A stretch of 49,170 nt of DNA, filler included, from Jimgerdemannia flammicorona (Eukaryota), in the NCBI GenBank assembly GCA_003990765.1. It is 2 parts of 2 records of this genome, joined end to end, with 100 filler letters (N's around TTAATTAATTAA, not from the genome) between each part and the next. Parts side by side here need not be neighbours in the genome. Positions count along the whole stretch, not along the records: positions 24,636 to 49,170 come from RBNJ01000965.1; 1 more part is not named here. One strand, given 5' to 3'. Below the pieces are notes generated by a model, which saw only the letters and a program-made list of their open reading frames with translations, was not told the origin of the DNA and made no database searches. Positions within the stretch are counted from its first letter, which is position 1. The number at the start of each line of letters is the position of its first letter. Positions 36,370-49,170 of this stretch are shown here, in pieces. The position numbers were made by a program, and so were the translations under genes.

Positions 36370-39300
36370 GGTACTTCTTGAGTCAGTTTTGATAAATGGT
36401 GGTAGGGATTATTGTGTCTGAGGGCTTTCATAGCCAGAAAGTAGTCCCTTTTATATCTTGTACCAGATAAGGTCCTTCCTACTTGGGCTCCAGTTTTTGT
36501 GACCAAGAAGCTTCTACCATGTTCTGATATACTAGGACTTCATCTCCTATCTTGATAATCTCCAGGGGCTTGTGGGTTTTTTCTGTATTGTTCTGTTGTA
36601 GTGCCTGCACCTTGATTATGTAATCCTCTACCTTTTTTCTTATTTGATGCAATCTCTGTATCTCTATGTCCACATACTTCCAGATTGCGTCATTAGTTGC
36701 TGACAAACTTCCACCAGAACCTTCTTCACCGAATAGCATTTCTTGTGGTATAAAATGAGTGCTTTGTGATTGTATATCCCACAGAGTGGATAATGCAATT
36801 GGTAGATAGTGGTCCCAGTTTCCATATTTGTCACAGATCTTGGCAATGATATTCTTGAGGGTCTTGTTGGTTCTTTCTACTTGTCTGTTTCCTTGTAGGT
36901 GATAGGCTGTGGTCTTGATGTGTTGGATCTTGTATTTTTTGTAAAGAACCTCATGGAACTGGTTGACAAATTCTGTTCCTCTGTCTGTAGTAACTTGTTT
37001 TGGGGTCTTGAATCAGCAGATGATTTCTCTATGAAAGAAATCGGCAATTGACTATATATTGGCTTCCTTGAGGGGTCTAGTCTCTACTCATTTTGTAAAT
37101 AGATCCACTATTACAATGACATATCGGTTGCCCATCAATCAAGGGTAGAGGACCAATTACATCTATTGCAATGTGAGTAAATAGTATTGGTTCGATGTCT
37201 GCTGATCCAGGGGCTTGATCCCATTGGTCTTGTTTCTATTTCTGACATTTGTCACAGGTCCTGACAAATTGTCTGATATCTTCTTCCATTCCAGGCCACC
37301 ACATGGTTCTTCTCACTTTGTCATATATATTTATTCCTCCTATATGACCCTGTTCATGTACTTCTTTTATTACTTGATTCTTCTGGTACTCAGGGATAAC
37401 TAATTGTTGTCCTTTCTTGAGTATTTCTCCATCAGTTTTGAATTGTTTCTATGTCTGATTAATAATTGTTTTTATCCATTCTTCCAGATGCAGGGGCATC
37501 TTTTGCTGCCCCAGGTAGCTGATGATTCCATAGTACAGCTCCTTATTCATGGTGATTTTGTAGGGGTGGGGTCCTTCAGGATATCCATGAGAGGGCGTCA
37601 GCATTAGTATTGGTTCTTCCAGGGCGGTGAGTAATTGTGGCATTGTATGCTTGCAGCTTCATGATCCATCGAGCATAGATTTCTTTGGGCTTACTGGTGG
37701 TGAGCAACTAGGTGAGTGCTGAGTGGTCTGTCTGGATAGTGAAGTGTCTTCCAGCTAGGTAGTAGTGGAACTTCTCTACAGTCCAGATGACTGCAAGGCA
37801 TTCCAGCTTATAAGACTCATAGGACTGCTCTGCCCCGCAAGTACCTTGGCTGAGATATACTATCACATATTCGGCACCATTTTTCTTTTGTGCAAGGATA
37901 GCTCTAAGTCCCATTGCACTGGTGTCTGTTTGCAGAATAAACTCCTGAGTCCAGTCAGGTCTTCTCAAGATTGGGGCCTGGGTCAATCTGGTCTTGAGCT
38001 CATCAAAGGCTAGTTGCTGCTGCGAACTTAACTTCTTTTCTGAACAGATCATAGATAGGGCTGACAATGTGGGAGAATCTTCTAATAAATCTTCTATAGT
38101 AGGATGCAAGTCCCATGAAGGCTCAGGCTTCCATGGTGCTAGTAGGTACTGGGTATGCTGCCACTGCCTTGATCTTTGTGGGGTCTCTGTATGTTCCTTT
38201 ACAGTTGATAATGTGTCTGAGGTATGCGATCTCTTCTTCTCTGAACTTGCATTTCTTGGGCTTGATGTAGAGGCCATGTTTACAAAGCCTTCTGAGGATT
38301 TCCTCAATATGTTCCAAGTGCTCCTTGGCTGTTCAGCTGAAGATGATCACATCATCTACATATACCATCATCCATTTTTCCATAACATCTCTGAAGATGC
38401 TGTTCATCATTCGCTGGAAGCTTGCTGGTACATTGCACATTCCAAAGGGCATGTGGAGATAGACATAGGTTCCATCAGGGGTGATGAAGGCTGATCTTTT
38501 GCTGGCTTCTGGTGTAAGACCGATTTGGTAGAATCCTGAGAACAGATCCAAGGTGGTGTAGAATTGTGATTCATTCTCAAGCATAATGAGAATATCGCCA
38601 ATGTTTGGCAATGGTTATCTGTCCTTCTCTGTGACCTTGTTGAGTCTTCTATAGTCTGTGCAGAGTCTTGATGTAAATTCTCCTGGTTGGCTTCCTTTCT
38701 TTGGTGCAAGGACAACAGGGGAGGACCAAGGGCTGCTGATTTCTTCAATGATACCAGATTCCTCCATTTCCTTGATCTCTGTCTTGAGCCATTCTCTGTA
38801 TGCTGGTGGAATGGGGCGGGCCTTCTGATAGATTGGCTTTGCATCTCCAGTATTGACATCATGATAATACAAGGATTTCTTGGTCTTAATGTCCTTGAAA
38901 TCCATAGCTAGTACATCCTCGAATGTATGCAAGAGGCTCTGCAATTCTTCCCTAAGGGGAAAGTTTCCTCCAATTGTATAGGTGTATTTGTCTTGGCTTT
39001 CCTCCTTCTTGTGCTCCAATTCAGTGATCTTAGTTGCTGCGAGGACTCCTCTTCCTGTAGAGCCGAATCCAGCTCTTCCTTATTGAGTTTGTCTGATGTT
39101 TGCAACCTCCTTGATTCTTGGATTAAGGATAGGTAGAATGAGCATTTGTACTAGCCGATCCTTCTTCCTTACTTCAAATGGGATTATTGGGTTGTGGTTC
39201 CTGGTGAGGAGAAGGATTTCTCCAGTATAATCTGAATTGATGACTCCTCTTTCTATAGATATTTCGCTTTTCACCAGGCTACTCCTTGTCTTGAGGATTC

Positions 39301-41515
39301 TGACATGGTTTGGTGGGATGGTTACTTCAATTTCTGTTCCTAGAATGGTAGTGATCTGTGGTTCGAGTATTGTGTATGTAGTAGTATATAGGTCTAGTTC
39401 AGCTGCATTCTCTGACTTGTACTGTGGCATGACTGCATCAGAGTGAATCCTTCATATCTTGACTGTGATATCTTCATCCTCATCATCACTGTCATCCAAT
39501 AACTTTGGTGGTCTGTCTTCTAGTTCCTCCTAGTTCTTCTTTGGCTTGTTGGTGATCTTCTTCACCTCAATGATACAAGAGTAGCAGCAATCCAAGTGCT
39601 GGGCACAGTACATTCTTTCACCATGGGGGCACCTTCCTAGTAGGGCATATCTATCTGCGATTCTTATATACCATTCTTCCTCTGTCAATTGCTTGCCTTT
39701 TCCTTTCTTTGTAGTAACCATATAGGCTTCTTCTTCTTGGTCTTCCTTCATCTCAGGGCAGACTCCTTTGTGGACATTGATGGGAATTCTGATCTTCTTT
39801 CCCCAGTAGACAATCTGCATCTTCTGTGCACTGAGGTCAATCATTGCCTTGGCTTTATGAAGCCATTGATTGCCAATGAGGATATCATAGTTAGTTGCAT
39901 TGGTGACGATAACATCTATAGGGATAGTGGCCTCTCTGAATTTGATTGGTACATCTTGGATCTTTCCCAAGGGTGTTGCTCATGTTCCATCAGCTGTGAC
40001 AAATACCAGTTTGGTGGTTTCTTCTATCTCCCAACCTAGGTGGTCTACTGCTTTCTTGGTGATGAGACATCCTCCTGCTTCCATATCAATAATGGCTTCA
40101 AAGACTCGATCCTTGATCTGGCAGGTAGCATAGGCTGATGTTTTCCGATTATCTTCACTCTCTTCATCTGAATCTTCTTGTGCATTATTGGCTTCAATTA
40201 TTTTCCAACCTTGGTCTTTGCCAATATCTGAGATTCCTGTCCTCATTTATTGTCTGAAGGTTGGAATTTCTACTAGTTGGCCGAAGGTTGCATTGACCTT
40301 TTGATCCTTGAGGTCCTTGAAGATATCATACTTGAAGGTCTTGCTCTTGCATAATTTCTACTCCTTCTTCCCTTCACTTGATGGGGTGGTGTTTCTGATG
40401 ATATCTTCTATCGCTCGTTCAAGTTCAGCATCTTGTTCCAGCTCCATATCTTGATCAGCTTCGCTCTGGTAGTTCTCTTTTTTGATGACTGTTTCTGGTT
40501 GTCTTGTTTGTATCTGGGCCTTCTTAGGAGGTCTGCCTGGAGGTCTTTTGTAGGGACTAGATTGGACATCCTTCTTGCTTGAGGTGGCAGGGTAAGCTTC
40601 TCATTCCTCCCTCTCTTCCTCAGATTCTCCAATCTCCTCAAAGGTGATAGTGTTTGCCTGTTCATAGTTTCTGGTTACATTGCTTGGATTGGCCTTTTGC
40701 TTGGTTTCTGTTATGCATTCGGAGGCATAGTGGCCTTCTTCTCTACAGTTGTAGCATGTTATTGATCATCTTGTATTTGTAGCAGTAAACTTCTGTACTG
40801 GCTTCTTCTTGAACTCTTTGACTACATCACTGAGGTGTGCAGTCATTTCTGTGAACTGTTTGGCCAGTTCCTCCATTGGGTCAATCCTTCTCTGTTCTTG
40901 TGGTTGTCGTTGTATATTTCGGTTAACTATGGTAGCTGGGACTGTATTGGTGACCCTTGGTGCTTGTTCAATTTTTACTCCTGTTTTTCTTTCCATTGTA
41001 TGGTCTTGAGGGTGTCTAGCAGTCCAGTATCTTTGGACATATGTAACTTTCTGGCCCAGGTCCAGTGCCGTTGAGGTAGATCAGATAGCTAAAGTGATTT
41101 CTTGATAAATGCCTTTCATGAAGGTATTCTCAGCCACTTGGTCTTGAACTGCATCGGAGTAGTCAGCAAGGACTATTTGATGTCAGATTCTTGTATAGAA
41201 TATATTTGAGTCTTCAGACATTCCTTGGCAGATAGTATTCAGTTGATCCTTGAGTGCTTGTTTGATTTCATCTGTGTAATAGATTGCTTGGAGCCAGGCC
41301 TTGAAAGCTAGGAGTCTTGCTGGATCATCATTTCCCACAATATTGGCTGCAGTGAATGCAGTTCTCGCTGGGCCTCTGAGGCTTACAGGGAGTAGGGCTA
41401 CTTGTTATGCTGTACTTAAGGTCCTTATAGCAGCATACTGCTTGAAATCATCGATGAAGGTAATGATTGATTCATTGGAGGTATATCCATGGAATACAGG
41501 TGGTCTCATATCCAT
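36359..41515 (-). pseudogene. gag-pol polyprotein of element B
   Basis: Gag RPPVFHG and CYNCREEGHYASEC; protease AIIDMEA (decayed DTGA); RT RLCTDYRRLN, MPFGM, YVDD; RNase H LQTDTS; integrase TDRGTEF, GQVERTN, EGPY, LKKYHGQ*. Confidence 0.95.
39050..39450 (-). pseudogene. dUTPase domain within element B pol, between protease and RT
   Basis: AAELDLY, KTRSSL, GVINSDYTGEI, DRLVQML, GRAGFGSTG. Confidence 0.9.
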
Positions 41516-41593
41516 TTTATCTAATTGTGTTATGTGGGTTCTTATTGTGGTTATTCATTGTTCAGCTTGAAAGTGAGAGATTTATCTTGAATT

Positions 41594-41611
41594 ACCAGCT
41601 AATGGACACCA
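41594..41611 (-). promoter_or_regulatory. Putative PBS of element B (tRNA not assigned)
   Basis: TGGTGTCCATTAGCTGGT begins 3 nt from the 5' LTR. Confidence 0.55.
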
Positions 41612-42065
41612 AGTTGTAATATAGCAGATGCTAAGATGGGCAAATATGTTGGATTTCTTTATCTTGAATTCTTGTCTTCTTGACTCCCAGAGTCAGTAGT
41701 TCCTTGAGGCCAAATATGTTTAAAGAGGTAATCCTGAAGGTCCTTTTATCAGTATACTTGTTCTTTTTCTAACACTTTCGATCTGAGGTTTATTCACTCC
41801 AAGATACTGGGTTATTTATATAAGTTTACTAGCTATGAGAGGGTGGCTAAGTAATAAATGAGTCATTTGGACTTTGTTGAAATATTTGGACAATGTCTAA
41901 ATGCTATACTAAATCAGAATGTTCGATTTGGATAATATCTAAGAATTTAGACAATGTCGAAGTCGAGGACTGCTAACTATAAGACTGTACTACTTTGGGA
42001 CTGGGTGTGATCAAGTATCTATTCTCTATTTCCTTCTTCCAATTTTGGCTGTACCATCACAGTAT

Positions 42066-43830
42066 ATAAAAGAAAAATAAATATAAATTTATAACAAAAA
42101 ATATAATCAATAAACTCTAAGAGAGAAACAAAGAATTATTAAATTAAATCAAACAATTAAAAGTATCATTACAAGTTAAGTAGTTGAATAATAAAGAAAT
42201 TAAATAAGAGATAATCAAGTATTTAGTAGATAGATATATTACCATAATCCTGATTTAGTAGTAGTTGATAAAATTGCCCAAATTAATAATGAAGAATATT
42301 GACCAAGGCTTTGTGAGAATTATCCTACTGAAAGTTCTCAGCAAGGATATATTTGCTTGTTTTATCAATATATTCAATATTATGATAATTAATTTAAACA
42401 CTATAATAAAATAAATAATGCTAAAAAAGATATTTTCTCTACTCTACAATATTTAGATTTAGAGAAAAGTAAGAAATTTATTGAAAAATGATTAGAAGAG
42501 GATAAGATAAAAAAGGAACCATTTGAAGAAGGTTGAAGAGAAGAATTCAAAAATAAATATGACCTCTATAATATTTCCTTAGAAGACATAGTAAAAGGTA
42601 TTATTGAATGAACTGCAAAAGTTAAAATTGAGCATAAAAGCTTCAAGAAAACTACTGAGGAACTTTTATTAAATTATTCTGAATTAATAGAAGATGATAT
42701 AGAAAATGAAAGAGTTTATTAGTTAGAAGGATAACTATAAGAATTATTAGAGAAAATCAAAAACAGTAAATTAGATAAACTCAATAAAGTTGTTATAAGA
42801 ATTATAAAGTAGATACTAAAACTCACTTTATATTTTTTACTGAAATTAGTAAGAAATAGAATAATAAAAAGGAAATATCTTTAAAAGAGAAAATTAGAGA
42901 TAAGTCAAAATTATTGAAAAAAGAATATGAGAAAAATGCTATTCAGAAAGCTAAAATTAAGGAACTTCAAGTAGAATTATATAAGCAAAAAAAATTATTA
43001 GCAAAAGAGTATAAAAAAAACAAAACACAAGAGATAAAAAAAGAGGACTTATAAAGATAATTATATTTATTCAAAAAAGCTTTATCTAAAATACCAAGTA
43101 AGTTCAAGATATTAGAAATAAAAATAAAAAGTAAATTTTTACAATTATCAGAAAAAGTTAAGTCTCAAACTTGAGAAATTATTGCTTGGATAGAAATTAA
43201 GCTAAGTAATAATAAAAGAGTTAATTTATACAATCTTGGAATTAGAAGAGTAGAATAAAGAGAGTATTGTGATTTTTGCTCTTATTTCAAAAACAGTAAA
43301 AATTAATCTCTCTGTCAAATTAGAACTCAAAGCAAAGTAGTTGATAAAATAATTAAAAATAACTATGCATATGAAAACTATAAAGAAAAGTTTTTAAATG
43401 GTAAATTACTCAAATGCAAAAGATATAGAAGATTAAAAACTAAACTGAATTTTGACTTTTGGAGTAATAGATATATTTACTATTATATTAGATATAATAA
43501 AAATATAGAGAAAAAAGAACTTCCACTTTTGCTCAATGAAGAGATAAGTTAATCAGCATTTTATGAAAGATAGATAAATGCTTTATGAGAGAAAAAAGAT
43601 CAATTAGCAGTAGAAATAAATACTCATCTCAAAGCCTTAGAAGTTACTGAAGACTAGTATAAAAGACAAAAGTAAGACTTATTAGATAAAATAAAGGAGT
43701 TAGAAGCTAAAGTAGTAAGATTAAAAAAGCTAACTCCTCAAGAATTAATCAAGGAAATTAATGAGTTAAAAGCCCAATTAGAGCAATGAAATAGCTAATT
43801 CATAACTCAAATCAAGGTTAAAAAGTAATC
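42066..43830 (+). pseudogene. Cluster of ~4 closely packed, apparently intronless, very AT-rich Lys/Glu-rich decayed ORFs resembling Mollicutes-related endobacterial genes
   Basis: Frames such as AKKDIFSTLQYLDLEKSKKFIEK(TGA)LEEDKIKKEPFEEG(TGA)REEFKNK..GIIE(TGA)TAKVK and LKKLTPQELIKEINELKAQLEQ..FITQIKVKK*. Origin is inferred from style and recalled similarity, not from a search. Confidence 0.55.
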
Positions 43831-43869
43831 TTGATTAAAAGTAAAAAAGTAAATATTTTTATTTATTAA

Positions 43870-45610
43870 TAGTATAAATTAATTTAGAATAAGTAATATC
43901 TTTGAATTCATTTTAGACAAAGGGGTAAATATTGTGATAAAGATATTCCTGGCATTTCAATTTCATAGAAGAAAGTACTAGTACTAGAAATGACAAGGTC
44001 TTGATTATTTCTATAACTTTTAAAATCTCAGATTTACTACTTTTTAATAGTTTGAATTCTTAGAATAGACCATTGGTAATTTCTTATACTTTGATAATAC
44101 ATATCTGGATTCACTCTGATGAAAAGAAAATATTGAAACTTTTGTATACCAGATAGCTTCTTAAAGTATATTTTGAAACTACTCACAATGTTAAAATATT
44201 ATAAACCATCTCTGCTATTATAATACTGTACTTTATTTAATCTGGCAATACTAGACTTTTTTATTATATGTATCAATGATATGATCTATATAGTTTTGTG
44301 ATAAAGCCTTTTAATTAGACCAAAACTACCATCATATTTAAATTTGGTATAGTCTGGAACCATGAAGTTTAATTTAATACTTTCATAATACCTATAAATT
44401 ACCAAATACAAATAAAACTAAAGAGTGATATTATTCTTGTTTTGTCTGCCTGCATTATCACAAGTGATTTTTAAGTATCCTTCATCTCAGTTCAATTGCT
44501 TAATTCTATTGAAAACTAGACTAAGTGTACCATTCAGACTCTTTCTGAGAAGTTTATTCTTATTAAGAATATAATTAATTTACTTACAGACCACTTCATC
44601 TTGAATTCCAAATAAATGTACTTTACAAGTACTAAGATAATACACTTTGCCAATCTGTTGATCAGAATAAGACACATGGGCATTTTGGGCTCAGTCATAA
44701 CTATAATAAGTAGCTGTATTAATACTGCAGAATGATACCTTACCTTTTAGTATAGAATAATTCTGATCAATAAGTTTCCTTTGTTCTTCTGCCAATTTGA
44801 TATTTCTGTTATAATAGTTTTGTTCTAATTTGGCTTTGGTAAGATGCTCTTTATATCTCTTTAATAAGTCTTAAGTCTCTTCTTCTTTATAAGCTTTAAA
44901 TTGTAAATAATTCTATAAATATTAATAGGTATTGTATAAATTGGTTAAGAACTTATAATTTGGATATGCAGAGTTAGCTGATGCTACAATTTGCGAAATA
45001 TATCATATTTAAGTATGTGCAGAGTACTATCTTCTTTTAGACCAGCTAAAAAATCATAATAAATAGATTTGTAGCTCATTTCTATAGGTAAAAAGATAAT
45101 TAATTAAGTGACTCAATTAATATTTCTAACTAGGCTAGATAATTTATAGACTTTAGTAAAATTCAAAAGAAAATTCTTCACTACAGTAGTCATATTTATA
45201 TATATTAATGACCATCTTGGTTTTTTACTATAGCATTCTTTTTACATTACTATAGAGCTATGAGAGAAGACCATTTTTCAGCAAATGATTTCTGACATTT
45301 TCAAAATGGACATAGTTAATTCCCAGCATATTCAAATAGGTCTTCTGGCAAAGAAGTATATTGTAATCTTAGTAGTATAATGTTCTTTTATTAACATAGT
45401 TCTTATTCTTAAGACAGCAACTAATACTTATAGATCCACCATCTATAAACTTGAGTTGAGTCATTAAAAAGATGTCTTGTTCTAACTTGAAAAGAGCCTG
45501 AAAAGCTTCATGTATCTCAGCAAATACTTTCTTGAGAACTTTGGAAGAGTAACCACAACTACAGCCTACTTTTAAAAACTCTATTACTTTTTCATACTTA
45601 GTCATCATAA
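43870..45610 (-). pseudogene. Sola-like (DUF7869-type) DDE transposase pseudogene
   Basis: Minus-strand motifs GCSCG, YD*AQN..QQIGKVYY, TCDNAGRQNKNN (44434-44466), FMVPDYTKFKYDGSFGLIK (decayed GHTK..D..FG.IK). Confidence 0.75.
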
Positions 45611-45985
45611 CTATATAATATATTTTATATTCAGTTTGTTTAGTTTTATAAAATTTCTCCTATATCATACAAATTAATCAATCTATATATTCACTCTTCT
45701 TTATATGAACTTTCTTAATTCCACTGTTAATACAACAAATGCTAAAGTATAAAACTGCCCTTGATCTCTCTCCAATCCTTATATATAATTTTCAGCTATC
45801 TAGCTACAGCATTAATAATTACTTGTATGATTTTACCTTGTTTATATTTCTCATTATTGCTATATTTTAACTTAAGCACCTCATCTATTGATATAGCTTC
45901 AACTGTAGCTGCCTTTGCCTCCAACTTCTTTCATTTCTTTTTACCTGATTTCCCAATAGTAAGTAAGTATAAAGTGAAAATACAG

Positions 45986-45991
<6 letters not shown>

Positions 45992-46071
<80 letters not shown>
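45992..46071 (+). repeat. 80-nt poly(A) run
   Basis: Seen directly; followed immediately by TGTAAG, a possible LTR start. Confidence 0.9.
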
Positions 46072-46073
<2 letters not shown>

Positions 46074-46191
46074 TAAGCCAAGTACAAACCTTGGTTTAGC
46101 AAGGCTTGAAAGTTAACATCTTTACTCTTGAACTCAAAAATGAACCATTTTGGCCTTGTACCAGTAGAAGTAAATTTGGTTTCAGCAAAAA

Positions 46192-47428
46192 TATAAAAGG
46201 ATTACTTGTTAGGATAACTATTATATAGTTCTGGAAGAGTTTTCTAGAAGTTCTGAATATTCTGGAAAACTGTTTTCTTAAGGTCAAGATTAATTTCATA
46301 TGGAGTATATCCTCTATGTTTATTGATTTCAAGATTGGGTTAATGTCTCAACCAAAGTCCTTTTTCAGACTAATTCTGGATGTTCAGGATTTTCCATATT
46401 TCAAAAAGTTCAAAAAACTAAGACCAGCTTAGTTAAATTGACAGACAATACCCAATTAGGAAATTTTATAATGGGGTTAGGAGTGAGACCTAATGGGGAG
46501 TAGATTTACTTAGGAGTAGTATATGGGTTATTAAATATGTTTATTTGCTATTTATAATATTACTATACTAGGAGTAGTTGTATAAAGGAATATTATAGGG
46601 AAGTGCTCAGAAGTTGTGTTCAAGTCTCTTAGTCTGAGATTCTGAGATCTGGAGGAGGGGGTATTTATACTAGTGAGGGGCTATCTAGGCTATGCTAAAT
46701 ATGAATGTAGCACTTAGTATCTTACTGAGTCAGAATACAGTCACATAGTACAAGTGTGATCTGACATATCAAGGAATTATCTGACTGCTGAGTTAGTTTA
46801 CAGTCATGTCATATAAGGCTAATCTAACTATACTATAACTGCTAAGCTATCTATGGATTTAGATACTATCTGGGTAGTCTTTGATAACATCACTATCAAT
46901 GACATCATCTCTGATAAAGTAGTTATCTAGAAAGAGTTGTTTGTAGATTAACTCTCCTTATTTGCTGAGGTAATAATACATTGAGACTTTATCACTATCT
47001 CATAGAATAGTATCATCAGTCTCATATACTGGATAAGGTATTGGTAGGCAAAAGAGGGGTACATCATCTTCACTTTCATTAGATTCACTATCTGCATATC
47101 TTCTATAAGTTACAGCACTATAAGTTGCTAGGTTGTAGTAAGCTGGTAGCTGTGGTTCATGTTGCTCATACTTGGGTAGTGGAGTTGTTGGTTTGATCTC
47201 AAGGGTTGTCTGAAGGTACAGGTTATATTCTCTAGTCTTTTTGTTATAGTTAAAGTAATCAGGAATGAATGCAGATTAGTATTCATGCCAGTAATCATTG
47301 TCTCAATAAGTTTCATAAGTGGTTATAAACTGTTATAAGTTCATCAGTAAGATTGGCAGTGTGATTAGGGTTGGCAGAAATCCTTAGCTTGAGATTATAT
47401 CAGCATCAGAGAGATCATTGTCTTTACA
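46192..47428 (-). mobile_element. Second fragment of LTR-like family C
   Basis: Colinear with 22168-23417 over ~1.24 kb, differing mainly by transitions. Confidence 0.8.
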
Positions 47429-49170
47429 AGATGCTCCTTTCTCCACTACCTTATCAGTCACAATGGTTTAGTAGGCAACCTTTTGAGTCTACTTTCCACA
47501 ATTATTACCCCTCTCTATCTCAGGTTGGTTTGCTGTATCTGTTGCAGGGCAGTAGGAGAGAGGCAATGGTGATGAGTTGCCCCTTTATCAGTATCAGATC
47601 AGTGTCTTCTTTACTTTTTTGCAGTTTCTGGTGCCTTTGGCTGTGTCTGGAGTACATCCATTTTGGTGCAGCACCTTCTTTCTGTTATCATTACCAACAA
47701 GGTACTGTCTTGGTATATCTCAGACTATGTAGGGAGTTGGCTGATCTTGGGCATCAAGTGCTCAGTATAGATTATCTGCAGATCCTCAGTACCTATGGTG
47801 GGGCCCTCTAGCTTTGGTGAGCTTCTTGGCAAGTGTGGTTCTGGCATAGATGACTGCTTTTTAGGTATTGTTGAGATGGGAGGAGAGATGGCTGTCACAG
47901 ATAAGAGGAAGGGTGATAACAGTGAACCAGTAGGATACCAGGCTGAGGGCAGTCATCAGGGCTGGGGCAGGTGCTGTTTTGGTGGGGCCTTTTGATTGGT
48001 GCAGTGTGGTTAGGTGGTAGGTATCACTCTCAGCTTCATTTGGTGATTTGGCAGGTTAGGTCCTAGTCATCAGGGGGGGTCGGGGGGCCTGAGGCTACCC
48101 ATTTCAGGTGTTTTGGCTACACTCAACTAGAACCAGAAGCTGATATGGCAATATGATCAAGGCCTGCAGGCTTGAGTAGTGGGGTATTGGGAATCTCCTC
48201 CTGCCTTATATGTAAGTCCTTTACTCACCTTGAATGGGAGAACCAGGCCCTACCCACCATGTTGTGCTTTGATGAGAGTTTTTCTTTATCTATCATTCTC
48301 TTTGGGGTGGTAGGGGCTATTCTATTCAGCTCAGGCATGGCCTTATATATATGTTGAGTTCTTGGGCAGAGGAGGAAGAAGGCCCAGCAGGAGCCAAGGG
48401 AGCAAACCCAGAGCCAGTGTCAAAGCGAATGGAAGACATGTGGAAAAGCATGTATAAGGGGGACAAACAAAGAACGTAACCAAAATTGCATCAGCCATTT
48501 ATTGCCATGTAAAAACGTGGTTCTTATATACAAAATACAATATCCCAAAAGAGAGGATGCGCCACAACTCGGGGCGAACCAAATTAGGAACCACATGACT
48601 GCCAGAGATAGGCAGAGATAAAGGGGGAGCCAATCCCAGTTGCAGGATAAAAATCACAAACAAACACAAACAAAACAAATCCAAATCGAGATTAAAAAAC
48701 ATCTGCAGACCCCGGAGGGGTGAGCGCGAGCAAGGGGTGAGGCCGAAACGGAGCGAGCTACAGCGAGCCCAAGCAAAGCGAGGAGCCGAAGGCAGCGGAG
48801 GGGAGCGGAGTAAGGCCGAGACCCCGGAGCGAGTGCGAGACCCCGGAGGGGGCCAGGATGTTTTTTAATCCTCTCCGGCAGAACCGGAGGCACCAGAAGG
48901 TGACGAAAACGCAAAACGAGAGCGATGGATTGAAGAAGAAACGGAAGGAAGACGTGAACGAGCAATCAGAGGGCATCGGAAAAGAGATGAAAGTCCATGG
49001 CGTGAAAGAGAAGAGCGCAGGATGGTATCAGGGCGTTGAGTGACCCAGCGAGCATGATCAAATGGTACAACGAGAATCGGGGGTGGGAAAGAAGAGGGGG
49101 TACAGAGAGGGTAAGGGGGGAGAGAGGGAAGGGAGGGGGGGTAAAGGGGAGAGAGTAGGGAAGAGCGAAC

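Larger units (their letters stand above)
35424..42061 (-). mobile_element. Full-length Ty3/Gypsy LTR retrotransposon B (6.6 kb), dUTPase- and ORF3-bearing, decayed
   Basis: Two 447-bp LTRs (35424-35870, 41615-42061), 4-bp TSD GTAT (35420-35423 / 42062-42065), same domain order as A but LTRs not alignable to A by eye. Confidence 0.97.

Noticed and set aside
45761..46099. Poly-lysine ORF
   Set aside because: Artefact of the 80-nt poly(A) run.
48654..48976. Minus-strand ORFs at the window end as a protein-coding gene
   Set aside because: Low-complexity translations from non-ATG starts with no recognisable domain.

Overview
Eukaryotic, intron-rich DNA, most likely fungal; an early-diverging Mucoromycota/Endogonales-type genome is my inference. 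The first ~8.6 kb is CpG-intact and genic: the last exon of an unknown gene, an 18-exon SLC12 cation-chloride cotransporter with KCC/plant-CCC1-type motifs, and a 3-exon MFS transporter. From ~8.63 kb to ~48.4 kb is a CpG-depleted, C>T/G>A-decayed nest of transposons. It holds a hAT element inserted head-to-head into a sister copy (8-bp TSD), a hAT foldback MITE, a 5'-truncated LINE, an artificial 100-nt gap linker, two full-length Ty3/Gypsy elements (A 24725-35005, B 35424-42061; both minus strand, 4-bp TSDs, dUTPase between protease and RT), fragments of further LTR families, and a Sola-like transposase. Two things stand out. (1) Elements A and B carry a mutually homologous ~155-aa soluble extra ORF (ORF3) in the env position, its ATG overlapping the pol stop, followed by a stem-loop abutting the PPT; a third, LTR-like insertion carries a decayed homolog. 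(2) An AT-rich block of closely packed, apparently intronless genes at 42.1-43.8 kb resembles Mollicutes-related endobacterium (MRE) DNA lodged in the nuclear genome. All translations and alignments were done by eye; no database search was possible.
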